From: Centroscyllium fabricii
Lineage: Eukaryota
Assembly (NCBI GenBank): GCA_051313645.2
Contig: JBNRSN020000073.1
Coordinates: 4,402,001 to 4,466,000, forward strand
Length of the DNA stretch: 64,000 nucleotides
Reading direction: 5' to 3'
The translations under genes were made by a program, and so were the position numbers. Shown in pieces: positions 43,343 to 56,500 of this stretch (its first letter is position 1; each line of letters opens with the position of its first letter). The notes below the pieces were generated by a model. The model did not search any database, was not told the DNA's origin, and saw nothing but the letters and a program-made list of their open reading frames with translations.

Positions 43343-44083
43343 TGCCCTAGTTTCACTGGAGGCTAAGAATGCCAAGTATCCCAAGAATCGTCAAGAATCG
43401 AGAATCTTGGCGATTCTTGGGGATTCTGCAAGAAATGCGAAAAATCTTGGTGGATTCTTGGTGATTCTTGGTGAATTCTTGGCGATTCTGGACAAGGTTA
43501 CGAATCTATCACGAATTATTTTACGAATGAGGTACGAATCACTCACGAATCCACCACGAATTGCAAGAATTAATTAAGAATCCACTACGAACTCCACGAA
43601 TTAGTTACGAATTCTACGAATTAGCTACGAATTATCTACGAATTGCATTCGTAGTGCATTCGTGGACATTCGTGGACAATCGTGGTGCATTCGTGGTGCA
43701 TTCGTGGTGCATTCCTGATTTTGAAAAAATCAAGAATGCCCAAGAATAGTCAAGAATGCACCACGAATCCACTACGAATCAGTTACGAACGGTAAGAAAG
43801 GGTCACGAACGGTAAGAATGGGTCACGAATTGTTTACGAATCTATCACGAATTGGAAAATCGGGAACCCTCCTACGAAATTTTTTGACAAACAAAAACTT
43901 TCTTTAAAACTAAAAGAACTCCCGCGAACTACCGCGAACTCTACGATTCCGCTACGAATCCACTACGAATCCACTACGAATCTACTACGAATCCACTACG
44001 AATTGCAAGAATGACCCACGAATCGGCCAAATTTCACAATCGGCACGATTCGGGAATTCGTAGCCTCCAGTGAAACTAGGGCA
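43343..44083. mobile_element. Non-autonomous PIF/Harbinger-type DNA transposon (MITE-like, 741 bp), copy 1
   Basis: Perfect 23-bp TIRs TGCCCTAGTTTCACTGGAGGCTA / TAGCCTCCAGTGAAACTAGGGCA. TAA duplicated at 43340-43342 and 44084-44086. No transposase. A 3-bp TWA TSD is typical of PIF/Harbinger. Confidence 0.88.
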
Positions 44084-44770
44084 TAATAGAGAGCGTTGGA
44101 ATATTCACAATACCCTGCAATCAGTTCAGTATTAGAGTGCATCAGAATATATTCACAATACCCAGCAATCTGGTTGAGTAATAGAGTGAATCAGAATATA
44201 TTCACAATACCCTGCAATCTGGTTCATTAATAGAGTGCATCAGAATATATTCACAATACCCTGCAATCTGGTTCAGTAATAGAACGTTGGAATATATTCA
44301 CATTACCTTGAAATCTGGTTCAGTAATAGAGTGAATCAGAATATATTCACAATACCTTGCAATCTGGTTCAGTAATAGAGTGCATCAGAATATATTCACA
44401 ATACCCTGAAATCTGGTTCAGTAATAGAGAGCATCAGAATATATTCAAAATAACCTGCAATCTGGTTCAGTATTAGCGTGTGTCACAATATATTCACAAT
44501 ACCCTGAAATCTGGTTCAGTAATAGAGTGCATCAGAATATATTCACAATACCCTGCAATCTGTTTCAGTAATAGAGAGCGCATCGGAATATATTCACAAC
44601 ACCCTGCAATCTCCTTCAGTAATAGAGAGCATCGGAATATATTCACAATATCCTGCAATCTGGTTCAGTATTAGAGTGCATCAGAATATATTCACAATAC
44701 CTTGCAATCTGGTTCAGTAATAGAGTGCATCAGAATATATTCACAATACCCTGAAATCTTGTTCAGTAAT

Positions 44771-45240
44771 CATAGAATCATAGAAGGTAGGAGCAGGAGT
44801 AGGCCATTCAGCCCTTCGAGCCTGCTCCGCCATTCGATGAGATCATGGCTGATCTTTAGCAAGCTAGTACCCCGTCCCCAACTTTTCTCCATAACCTTTA
44901 ATCACTTTAGCTTGAAGAAATATATCCAATTCCCCTTTGAATATGTTTAATGAACTGGCCTACACCGCACTCTGTGGCAGGGAATTCCACAGGCCCACCA
45001 CTCTCTGAGTGAAGAAATTCTTCCTCATGTCTGTCCTAAATGGTTTACCCCTTATCCTTAGACTGTGGCCCCTGGTTCTGGACTCACCCGCCATTGGAAA
45101 CATTCTCTCTGAATCTAACCTGTCCAGAATTTTCAGAATTTTATACGTCTCAATGAGATCGCCTCTCAATCTTCTAAACTCCAATGAGTACAAGCCCAGA
45201 CTACACAATCTCTCCTCATAGGTCATTCCTGCCATTCCAG
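44771..45240 (-). mobile_element. Short 5'-truncated CR1-clade LINE (B-like), antisense to the array, copy 1
   Basis: The minus strand encodes GMAGMTYEERLCSLGLYSLEFRRLRGDLIETYK...FFTQRVV. Tail (ATTCTATG)2 appears as CATAGAATCATAGAA; 3' stem-loop present. Confidence 0.95.
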
Positions 45241-48200
45241 TGACAGAGTGCATCAGAATATATTCACAATACCCTGCAATCTGGTTCAGTATTAGCGTGC
45301 ATCAGAATATATTCACAATAACCTGCAATCTGGTTCAGTAATAGAGTGCATCAGAATATATTCACAACACCTTGCAATCTGCTTCAGTAATAGAGTGCAT
45401 CAAAATATATTCACAATACCCTGCAATCTGGTTCAGTAATAGAGCGTTGGAATATATTCACAATACCTTGCAATCTGGTTCAGTAATAGATTGCATCAGA
45501 ATATATTCACAATACCCTGCAATCTGGTTCAGTAATAGAGTGCATCAGAATATATTCACAATACCTTGCAATCTGGTTCAGTAATAGAGTGCATCAGAAT
45601 ATATTCACAATACACTGCAATCTGGTTCAGTAATAGAGAGCGTTGGAATATATGCACAATACCCTGCAATCTGGTTCAGTATTAGAGTGCATCAGAATAT
45701 ATTCACAATACCCTGCAATCTGGTTCAGTAATAGAGTGCATCAGAATATATTCGCAATACCCTGCAATCTGGTTCAGTAATAGAGAGCATTGGAATATAT
45801 TCACTATACGCTGCAATCTAGTTCAGTAATAGAGAGCATCAGAATATATTCACAATAACCTGCAATCTGGTTCAGTATTACAGTGCGTCAGAATATATTC
45901 ACCATAGCATGCAATCTGGTTCAGTAATAGAGTGCATCAGAATATATACACAATAACCTGCATTCTGTTTCAGTAATAGAGAGCGCATTGGAATATATTC
46001 ACAACACCCTGCAATCTGGTTCAGTAAAAGAGTGCATCAGAATACATTAACAACACCCTGCAATCTGGTTCAGTATTAGAGTGCATCAGAATATATTCAC
46101 AATACCCTGCAATCTGTTTCAGTAATAGAGTGCCTCACAACATATTCACAATACCCTGCAATCTGGTTCAGTAATAGAGAGCGTTGGAATATATTCACAA
46201 TAACCTGCAATCTGTTTCAGTATAAGCGTGCATCAGAATATATTCACAATACCCTGCAATCTGGTTCAGTAATAGAGAGCCTCAGAATATATTCACAATA
46301 ACCTGCAATCTGGTTCAGTAATAGAGTGCATCGGAATATATTCACAATACCCTGCAATCTGGTTCAGTATTAGAGTGCGTCAGAATATATACACAATACA
46401 CTGCAATCTGGTTCAGTAATAGAGTGCATCAGAATATATTCACAATACCCTGCAATCTGGTTCAGTAATTGAGTGAATCAGAATATATTCAAAATACCCT
46501 GCAAACTGATTCAGTAATAGTGTGCATCAGAATATATTCACAATACACTGCAATGTGGTTCAGTGCTAGAGAGCGTTGGAATATATTCACAATACCCTGC
46601 AATCTTATTCAGTAATAGCGTGCATCAGAATATATTCACAATACATTGCAATCTGGTTCAGTAATAGAGTGCATCAGAATATATTCACAATATCCGGCAA
46701 TCTGGTTCAGTAATAGAGTTTTGGAATATATTCACACTACCTTGCAATCTGGTTCAGTAATAGAGTGAATCAGAATATATTCACAATACCTTGCAATCTG
46801 GTTCAGTAATAGAGTGCATCAGGATATATTCACAATATCTTGCAATCTGGTTCAGTAATAGAGTGCATCAGAATATATTCACAATAACCTGCAATCTGGT
46901 TCAGTAATAGAGACTGTTGGAATATTCACAATACCCTGCAATCTGGTTCAGTATTAGAGTGCATCAGAATATATTCACAATACACTGCAATCTGGTTGAG
47001 TAATAGAGTGCATCAGAATATATTCACAATACCCTGCAATCTGGTTCAGTAATAGAGTTTGTCAGAATATATTCACAATACCCTGCAATCTGGTTCAGTA
47101 ATAGAGCGTTGGAATATATTCACAATACCTTGCAATCTGGTTCAGTAATAGAGTGAATCAGAATTTATTCACAATACCTTGCAATCTGGTTCAGTAATAG
47201 AGAGCATCAGAATATATTCACAATACCCTGAAATCTGGTTCAGTAATAGAGAACGTCAGAATATATTCACAATAACCTGCAATCCGGTTCAGTATTAGCG
47301 TGCGTCAGAATATATTTACAATACCCTGCAATCTGGTTCAGTAATAGAGTGCATCAGAATATATTCAGAATACACTGCAATGAGTTTCAGTAATAGAGAG
47401 AGCATCGGAATATATTCACAACACCCTGCAATCTGGTTCAGTAATAGATTGCATCAGAATATATTCACAATATCCTGCAATGTGGTTCATTAATTGAGAG
47501 CGTTGGAATATATTCACAATAACCTGCAATCTGGTTCAGTATTAGCGTGCATCAGAATATATTCACAATAACATGCAATCTGGTTCAGTATTAGATTGCA
47601 TCAGAATATATTCACAATAACATGCAATCTGGTTCAATAATAGAGGGCATCAGAATATATTCACAATAACCTGCAATCTGGTTCAGTAAAAGAGTGCATC
47701 GGAATATATTCACAATACCCTGCAATCTGGTTCAGTAAAAGAGTGCATCGGAATATATTCACAATATCCTGCAATCTGGTTCTGTATTAGAGCGCATCAG
47801 AATATATTCACAATACCCTGCAATCTGATTCAGTAAAGAGTGCATCAGAATATATTCACAAAAACCTGCAATCTGGTTCAGCGTTAGAGTGCATCAGAAT
47901 ATATTCACAATACCATGCACTCTGCTTTAGATATAGAGAGCGTTGGAATATAATCACAATACCCTGCAATCTGGTTCAGTAATAGAGTGAATCAGAATAT
48001 ATTCACAATACCCTGCAATATGGTTCAGTAATAGAGGGCCTCAGAATATATTCACAATACCCTGCAATCTGGTTCAGTAATAGAGTGCATCGGAATATAT
48101 TCACAATACCCTGCAATCTGGTTCAGTATTAGAGTGCGTCAGAATATATTCACAATACACTGCAATCTGGTTCAGTAATAGAGTGCGTCAGAATATATTC

Positions 48201-51200
48201 ACAAATCCCTGCAATCTGGTTCAGTAATTGAGTGAATCAGAATATATTCACAATGCCCTGCAATCTGATTCAGTAATAGTGTTCATCAGAATGTATTCAC
48301 AATACCCTGCAATGTGGTTCAGTACTAGAGAGGTTTGGAATATATTCACAATACCCTGCAATCTGGAACAGCATTACAGTGCATCAGAATATATTCACAA
48401 TACCCTGCAATCTTATTCAGTAATAGCGTGCATCAGAAGATATTCACAATACCTTGCAAACTGGTTCAGTAATAGAGTGCATCAGAATATATTCACAATA
48501 CCTTGCATTCTGGTTCAGTAATAGAGTGCATCAGGATATATTCACAATATCTTGCAATCAGTTTCAGTAATAGAGTGCATCAGAATATATTCACAATACC
48601 CTGCAATCTAGTTCAGTAATAGAGAGCGTTGGAATATTCACAATACCCTGCAATCTGGTTCAGTAATAGAGTGCATCAGAAAATATTCACTATACCCTGC
48701 AATCTGGTTGAGTAATAGAGTGCATCAGAATATATTCACAATATCCTGCAATCTGGTTCTGTAATAGAGTGCATCAGAATATATTCAAAATACCCTGCAA
48801 TCTGGTTCAGTAACAGAGAATTGGAATATATTAACAATACCTTGCAATCTGGTTCAGTAATAGAGTGAATCACAATATATTCACAATACCCAGCAATGTG
48901 GTTCAGTAATAGAGAGCATTGGAATATATACACAATAAACTGCAATCTGGTTCAGTAATAGAGAGCGCATTGGAATATATTCACAACACCCTGCAATCTG
49001 GTTCAGTAAAAGATTGCATCAGAATACATTCACAATACCCTGCAATCTGATTCAGTAATAGAGTGCATCAGAATATATACACAATACCCTGCAATCTGTT
49101 TCAGTAATAGATAGCGCATCGGAATATTTTCACAACACCCTGCAATCTGGTTCAGTAAAAGAGTGCATCAGAATACATTCACAATACCCTGCAATCTGAT
49201 TCAGTAATAGAGTGCATCAGAATATATTCACAATACCCTGCAATCTGGTTCAGTAATAGAGTGCCTCAGAATATATTCACAATACCCTGCATCTGGTTCA
49301 GTAATAGTGTGCATCGGAATATATTCACAATAACCTGCAATCTGGTTCAGTATTAGAGTGCGTCAGAGTATTTTCACAATAAACTGCAATCTGGTTCAGT
49401 AATAGAGTGCATCAGAATATATACACAATACCCTGCAATCTGGTTCAGTAATAGAGTGAATCAGAATATATTGACAATACCCTGCAATATGATTCAGTAA
49501 TAATGTGCATCAGAATATATTCACAATACCCTGCAATGTGTTTCAGTACTGGAGAGCGTTGGAATATATTCACAATACCCTGCAATCTGGAACAGTATTA
49601 CAGTGCATCAGAATATATTCACAATACCCTGCAATCTGGTTCAGTAATAGCGTGCATCAGAATATATTCACAATACCCGGCAATCTGGTTCTGTAATAGA
49701 GTGTTGAAATATATTCACAATACATTGCAATCTGGTTCAGTAATAGAGTGAATCAGAATATATTCACAATACCTTGCAATCTGGTTCAGTAATAGAGTGC
49801 AGCAGGATATATTCACAATATCTTGCAATCTGGTTCAGTAATAGAGTACATCAGAATATATTCACAATACCCTGCAATCTGGTTCAGCAATAGAGAGCGT
49901 TGGAATATTCACAATACCCTGCAATCAGTTCAGTATTAGAGTGCATCAGAATATATTCACAATACCCAGCAATCTGGTTGAGTAATAGAGTGAATCAGAA
50001 TATATTCACAATACCCTGAAATCTGGTTCATTAATAGAGTGCATCAGAATATATTCACAATACCCTGCAACCTGGTTCAGTATTAGAGCATTGGAATATA
50101 TTCACATTACCTTGAAATCTGGTTCAGTAATAGAGTTAATCAGAATATATTCACAATACCTTGCAATCTGGTTCAGTAATAGAGTGCATCAGAATATATT
50201 CACAATATCCTGAAATCTGGTTCAGTAATAGAGAGCGTCAGAATATATTCAAAATAACCTGCAATCTGGTTCAGTATTAGCGTGTGTCACAATATATTCA
50301 CAATACCCTGCAATCTGGTTCAGTAATAGAGTGCATCAGAATATATTCACAATACCTTGCATTCTGGTTCAGTAATAGAGTGCATCAGGATATATTCACA
50401 ATATCTTGCAATCAGGTTCAGTAATAGAGTGCATCAGAATATATTCACAATACCCTGCAATCTAGTTCAGTAATAGAGAGCGTTGGAATATTCACAATAC
50501 CCTGCAATTTGGTTCAGTAATAGAGTGCATCAGAATATATTCACAATACCCTGCAATCTGGTTGAGTAATAGAGTGCATCAGAATATATTCACAATATCC
50601 TGCAATCTGGTTCAGTAATAGAGTGCATCAGAATATATTCACAATACCCTGCAATCTGGTTCAGTAACAGAGCATTGGAATATATTCACAATACCTTGCA
50701 ATCTGGTTCAGTAATAGAGTGAATCAGAATATATTCACAATACCCAGCAATCTGGTTCAGTAATAGAGAGCATTGGAATATATACACAATAAACTGCAAT
50801 CTGGTTCAGTAATAGAGAGCGCATTGGAATATATTCACAACACCCTGCAATCTGGTTCAGTAAAAGATTGCATCAGAATAAATTCACAATACCCTGCAAT
50901 CTGATTCAGTAATAGAGTGCATCAGAATATATACACAATACCCTGCAATCTGTTTCAGTAATAGATAGCGCATTGGAATATTTTCACAACACCCTGCAAT
51001 CTGGTTCAGTAAAAGAGTGCATCAGAATACATTCACAATACCCTGCAATCTGATTCAGTAATAGAGTGCATCAGAATTTATTCACAATACCCTGCAATCT
51101 GGTTCAGTAATAGAGTGCCTCAGAATATATTCACAATACCCTGCAATCTGGTTCAGTAATAGTGTGCATCGGAATATATTCACAATAACCTGCAATCTGG

Positions 51201-51647
51201 TTCAGTATTAGAGTGCGTCAGAGTATATTCACAATAAACTGCAATCTGGTTCAGTAATAGAGTGCATCAGAATATATTCACAATACCCTGCAATCTGGTT
51301 CAGTAATAGAGTGAATCAGAATATATTCACAATACCCTGGAATATGATTAAGTAATAATGTGCATCAGAATATATTCACAATAACCTGCAATGTGTTTCA
51401 GTACTGGAGAGCGTTGGAATATATTCACAATACCCTGCAATCTGGAACAGTATTACAGTGCATCAGAATATATTCACAATAACCTGCAATCTGGTTCAGT
51501 AATAGCGTGCATCAGAATATATTCACAATACCCGGCAATCTGGTTCTGTAATAGAGTGTTGGAATATATTCACAATACATTGCAATCTGGTTCAGTAATA
51601 GAGTGCATCAGAATATATTTACAATACCCTGCAATCTGGTTCAGTAA

Positions 51648-52378
51648 TGCCCTAGTTTCACTGGAGGCTAAGAATGCCAAGTATCCCAAGAATCGTCAAG
51701 AATCGAAAATCTTGGCGATTCTTGGGGATTCTGCAAGAAATGCGAAAAATCTTGGTGGATTCTTGGTGAATTCTTGGCGATTCTGGACAAGGTTACGAAT
51801 CTATCACGAATTATTTTACGAATGAGGTACGAATCACTCACGAATCCACCACGAATTGCAAGAATTAATTAAGAATCCACTACGAACTCCACGAATTAGT
51901 TACGAATTCTACGAATTAGCTACGAATTATCTACGAATTGCATTCGTAGTGCATTCGTGGACATTCGTGGACAATCGTGGTGCATTCGTGGTGCATTCGT
52001 GGTGCATTCCTGATTTTGAAAAAATCAAGAATGCCCAAGAATAGTCAAGAATGCACCACGAATCCACTACGAATCAGTTACGAACGGTAAGAAAGGGTCA
52101 CGAACGGTAAGAATGGGTCACGAATTGTTTACGAATCTATCACGAATTGGAAAATCGGGAACCCTCCTACGAAATTTTTTGACAAACAAAAACTTTCTTT
52201 AAAACTAAAAGAACTCCCGCGAACTACCGCGAACTCTACGATTCCGCTACGAATCCACTACGAATCCACTACGAATCTACTACGAATCCACTACGAATTG
52301 CAAGAATGACCCACGAATCGGCCAAATTTCACAATCGGCACGATTCGGGAATTCGTAGCCTCCAGTGAAACTAGGGCA
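51648..52378. mobile_element. Non-autonomous PIF/Harbinger-type element, copy 2 (731 bp)
   Basis: Same TIRs, TAA TSD and flanks as copy 1; lacks one 10-bp GATTCTTGGT internal repeat. Confidence 0.88.
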
Positions 52379-53065
52379 TAATAGAGAGCGTTGGAATATT
52401 CACAATACCCTGCAATCAGTTCAGTATTAGAGTGCATCAGAATATATTCACAATACCCAGCAATCTGGTTGAGTAATAGAGTGAATCAGAATATATTCAC
52501 AATACCCTGCAATCTGGTTCATTAATAGAGTGCATCAGAATATATTCACAATACCCTGCAATCTGGTTCAGTAATAGAACGTTGGAATATATTCACATTA
52601 CCTTGAAATCTGGTTCAGTAATAGAGTGAATCAGAATATATTCACAATACCTTGCAATCTGGTTCAGTAATAGAGTGCATCAGAATATATTCACAATACC
52701 CTGAAATCTGGTTCAGTAATAGAGAGCATCAGAATATATTCAAAATAACCTGCAATCTGGTTCAGTATTAGCGTGTGTCACAATATATTCACAATACCCT
52801 GAAATCTGGTTCAGTAATAGAGTGCATCAGAATATATTCACAATACCCTGCAATCTGTTTCAGTAATAGAGAGCGCATCGGAATATATTCACAACACCCT
52901 GCAATCTCCTTCAGTAATAGAGCGCATCGGAATATATTCACAATATCCTGCAATCTGGTTCAGTATTAGAGTGCATCAGAATATATTCACAATACCTTGC
53001 AATCTGGTTCAGTAATAGAGTGCATCAGAATATATTCACAATACCCTGAAATCTTGTTCAGTAAT

Positions 53066-53535
53066 CATAGAATCATAGAAGGTAGGAGCAGGAGTAGGCC
53101 ATTCAGCCCTTCGAGCCTGCTCCGCCATTCGATGAGATCATGGCTGATCTTTAGCAAGCTAGTACCCCGTCCCCAACTTTTCTCCATAACCTTTAATCAC
53201 TTTAGCTTGAAGAAATATATCCAATTCCCCTTTGAATATGTTTAATGAACTGGCCTACACCGCACTCTGTGGCAGGGAATTCCACAGGCCCACCACTCTC
53301 TGAGTGAAGAAATTCTTCCTCATGTCTGTCCTAAATGGTTTACCCCTTATCCTTAGACTGTGGCCCCTGGTTCTGGACTCACCCGCCATTGGAAACATTC
53401 TCTCTGAATCTAACCTGTCCAGAACTTTCAGAATTTTATACGTCTCAATGAGATCGCCTCTCAATCTTCTAAACTCCAATGAGTACAAGCCCAGACTACA
53501 CAATCTCTCCTCATAGGTCATTCCTGACATTCCAG
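53066..53535 (-). mobile_element. Short antisense CR1-clade LINE, copy 2 (offset 8295)
   Basis: Identical junctions to 44771-45240; about 2 substitutions seen in 470 bp. Confidence 0.95.
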
Positions 53536-56500
53536 TGACAGAGTGCATCAGAATATATTCACAATACCCTGCAATCTGGTTCAGTATTAGAGTGCATCAG
53601 AATATATTCACAATAACCTGCAATCTGGTTCAGTAATAGAGTGCATCAGAATATATTCACAACACCTTGCAATCTGCTTCAGTAATAGAGTGCATCAAAA
53701 TATATTCACAATACCCTGCAATCTGGTTCAGTAATAGAGCGTTGGAATATATTCACAATACCTTGCAATCTGGTTCAGTAATAGATTGCATCAGAATATA
53801 TTCACAATACCCTGCAATCTGGTTCAGTAATAGAGTGCATCAGAATATATTCACAATACCTTGCAATCTGGTTCAGTAATAGAGTGCATCAGAATATATT
53901 CACAATACACTGCAATCTGGTTCAGTAATAGAGAGCGTTGGAATATATGCACAATACCCTGCAATCTGGTTCAGTATTAGAGTGCATCAGAATATATTCA
54001 CAATACCCTGAAATCTGGTTCAGTAATAGAGTGCATCAGAATATATTCGCAATACCCTGCAATCTGGTTCAGTAATAGAGAGCATTGGAATATATTCACA
54101 AAACGCTGCAATCTAGTTCAGTAATAGAGAGCATCAGAATATATTCACAATAACCTGCAATCTGGTTCAGTATTACAGTGCGTCAGAATATATTCACCAT
54201 AGCATGCAATCTGGTTCAGTAATAGAGTGCATCAGAATATATACACAATAACCTGCATTCTGTTTCAGTAATAGAGAGCGCATTGGAATATATTCACAAC
54301 ACCCTGCAATCTGGTTCAGTAAAAGAGTGCATCAGAATACATTAACAACACCCTGCAATCTGGTTCAGTATTAGAGTGCATCAGAATATATTCACAATAC
54401 CCTGCAATCTGTTTCAGTAATAGAGTGCCTCACAACATATTCACAATACCCTGCAATCTGGTTCAGTAATAGAGAGCGTTGGAATATATTCACAATAACC
54501 TGCAATCTGTTTCAGTATAAGCGTGCATCAGAATATATTCACAATACCCTGCAATCTGGTTCAGTAATAGAGAGCCTCAGAATATATTCACAATAACCTG
54601 CAATCTGGTTCAGTAATAGAGTGCATCGGAATATATTCACAATACCCTGCAATCTGGTTCAGTATTAGAGTGCGTCAGAATATATTCACAATACACTGCA
54701 ATCTGGTTCAGTAATAGAGTGCATCAGAATATATTCACAATACCCTGCAATCTGGTTCAGTAATTGAGTGAATCAGAATATATTCAAAATACCCTGCAAA
54801 CTGATTCAGTAATAGTGTGCATCAGAATATATTCACAATACACTGCAATGTGGTTCAGTACTAGAGAGCGTTGGAATATATTCACAATACCCTGCAATCT
54901 TATTCAGTAATAGCGTGCATCAGAATATATTCACAATACATTGCAATCTGGTTCAGTAATAGAGTGCATCAGAATATATTCACAATATCCGGCAATCTGG
55001 TTCAGTAATAGAGTTTTGGAATATATTCACACTACCTTGCAATCTGGTTCAGTAATAGAGTGAATCAGAATATATTCACAATACATTGCAATCTGGTTCA
55101 GTAATAGAGTGCATCAGAATATATTCACAATATCCGGCAATCTGGTTCAGTAATAGAGTTTTGGAATATATTCACACTACCTTGCAATCTGGTTCAGTAA
55201 TAGAGTGCATCAGAATATATTCACAATAACCTGCAATCTGGTTCAGTAATAGAGACTGTTGGAATATTCACAATACCCTGCAATCTGGTTCAGTATTAGA
55301 GTGCATCAGAATATATTCACAATACACTGCAATCTGGTTGAGTAATAGAGTGCATCAGAATATATTCACAATACCCTGCAATCTGGTTCAGTAATAGAGT
55401 TTGTCAGAATATATTCACAATACCCTGCAATCTGGTTCAGTAATAGAGCGTTGGAATATATTCACAATACCTTGCAATCTGGTTCAGTAATAGAGTGAAT
55501 CAGAATTTATTCACAATACCTTGCAATCTGGTTCAGTAATAGAGAGCATCAGAATATATTCACAACACCCTGAAATCTGGTTCAGTAATAGAGAACGTCA
55601 GAATATATTCACAATAACCTGCAATCCGGTTCAGTATTAGCGTGCGTCAGAATATATTTACAATACCCTGCAATCTGGTTCAGTAATAGAGTGCATCAGA
55701 ATATATTCAGAATACACTGCAATGAGTTTCAGTAATAGAGAGAGCATCGGAATATATTCACAACACCCTGCAATCTGGTTCAGTAATAGATTGCATCAGA
55801 ATATATTCACAATATCCTGCAATGTGGTTCATTAATTGAGAGCGTTGGAATATATTCACAATAACCTGCAATCTGGTTCAGTATTAGCGTGCATCAGAAT
55901 ATATTCACAATAACATGCAATCTGGTTCAGTATTAGATTGCATCAGAATATATTCACAATAACATGCAATCTGGTTCAATAATAGAGGGCATCAGAATAT
56001 ATTCACAATAACCTGCAATCTGGTTCAGTAAAAGAGTGCATCGGAATATATTCACAATATCCTGCAATCTGGTTCTGTATTAGAGCGCATCAGAATTTTA
56101 TTCACAATACCCTGCAATCTGATTCAGTAAAAGAGTGCATCAGAATATATTCACAAAAACCTGCAATCTGGTTCAGCGTTAGAGTGCATCAGAATATATT
56201 CACAATACCCTGCACTCTGCTTTAGAAATAGAGAGCGTTGGAATATATTCACAATACCCTGCAACCTGGTTCAGTAATAGAGTGAATCAGAATATATTCA
56301 CAATACCCTGCAATCAGGTTCAGTAATAGAGTGCCTCAGAATATATTCACAATACCCTGCAATCTGGTTCAGTAATAGAGTGCATCGGAATATATTCACA
56401 ATACCCTGCAATCTGGTTCAGTATTAGAGTGCGTCAAAATATATTCACAATACATTGCAATCTGGTTCAGTAATAGAGTGCATCAGAATATATTCACAAA

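Noticed and set aside
43275-43749. ORFs crossing the MITE as a possible transposase
   Set aside because: Low-complexity products of the internal motif repeats; no DDE motif, and the frame changes between the two copies.
17841-53516. ORFs antisense to the LINE fragments (MFNELAST..., MKKFFLMSVL...)
   Set aside because: Reverse-frame shadows of CR1 ORF2.
17201-53535. Six independent LINE insertions and two independent MITE insertions
   Set aside because: Pairs share identical truncation points and flanks, so there are only three LINE events and one MITE event.
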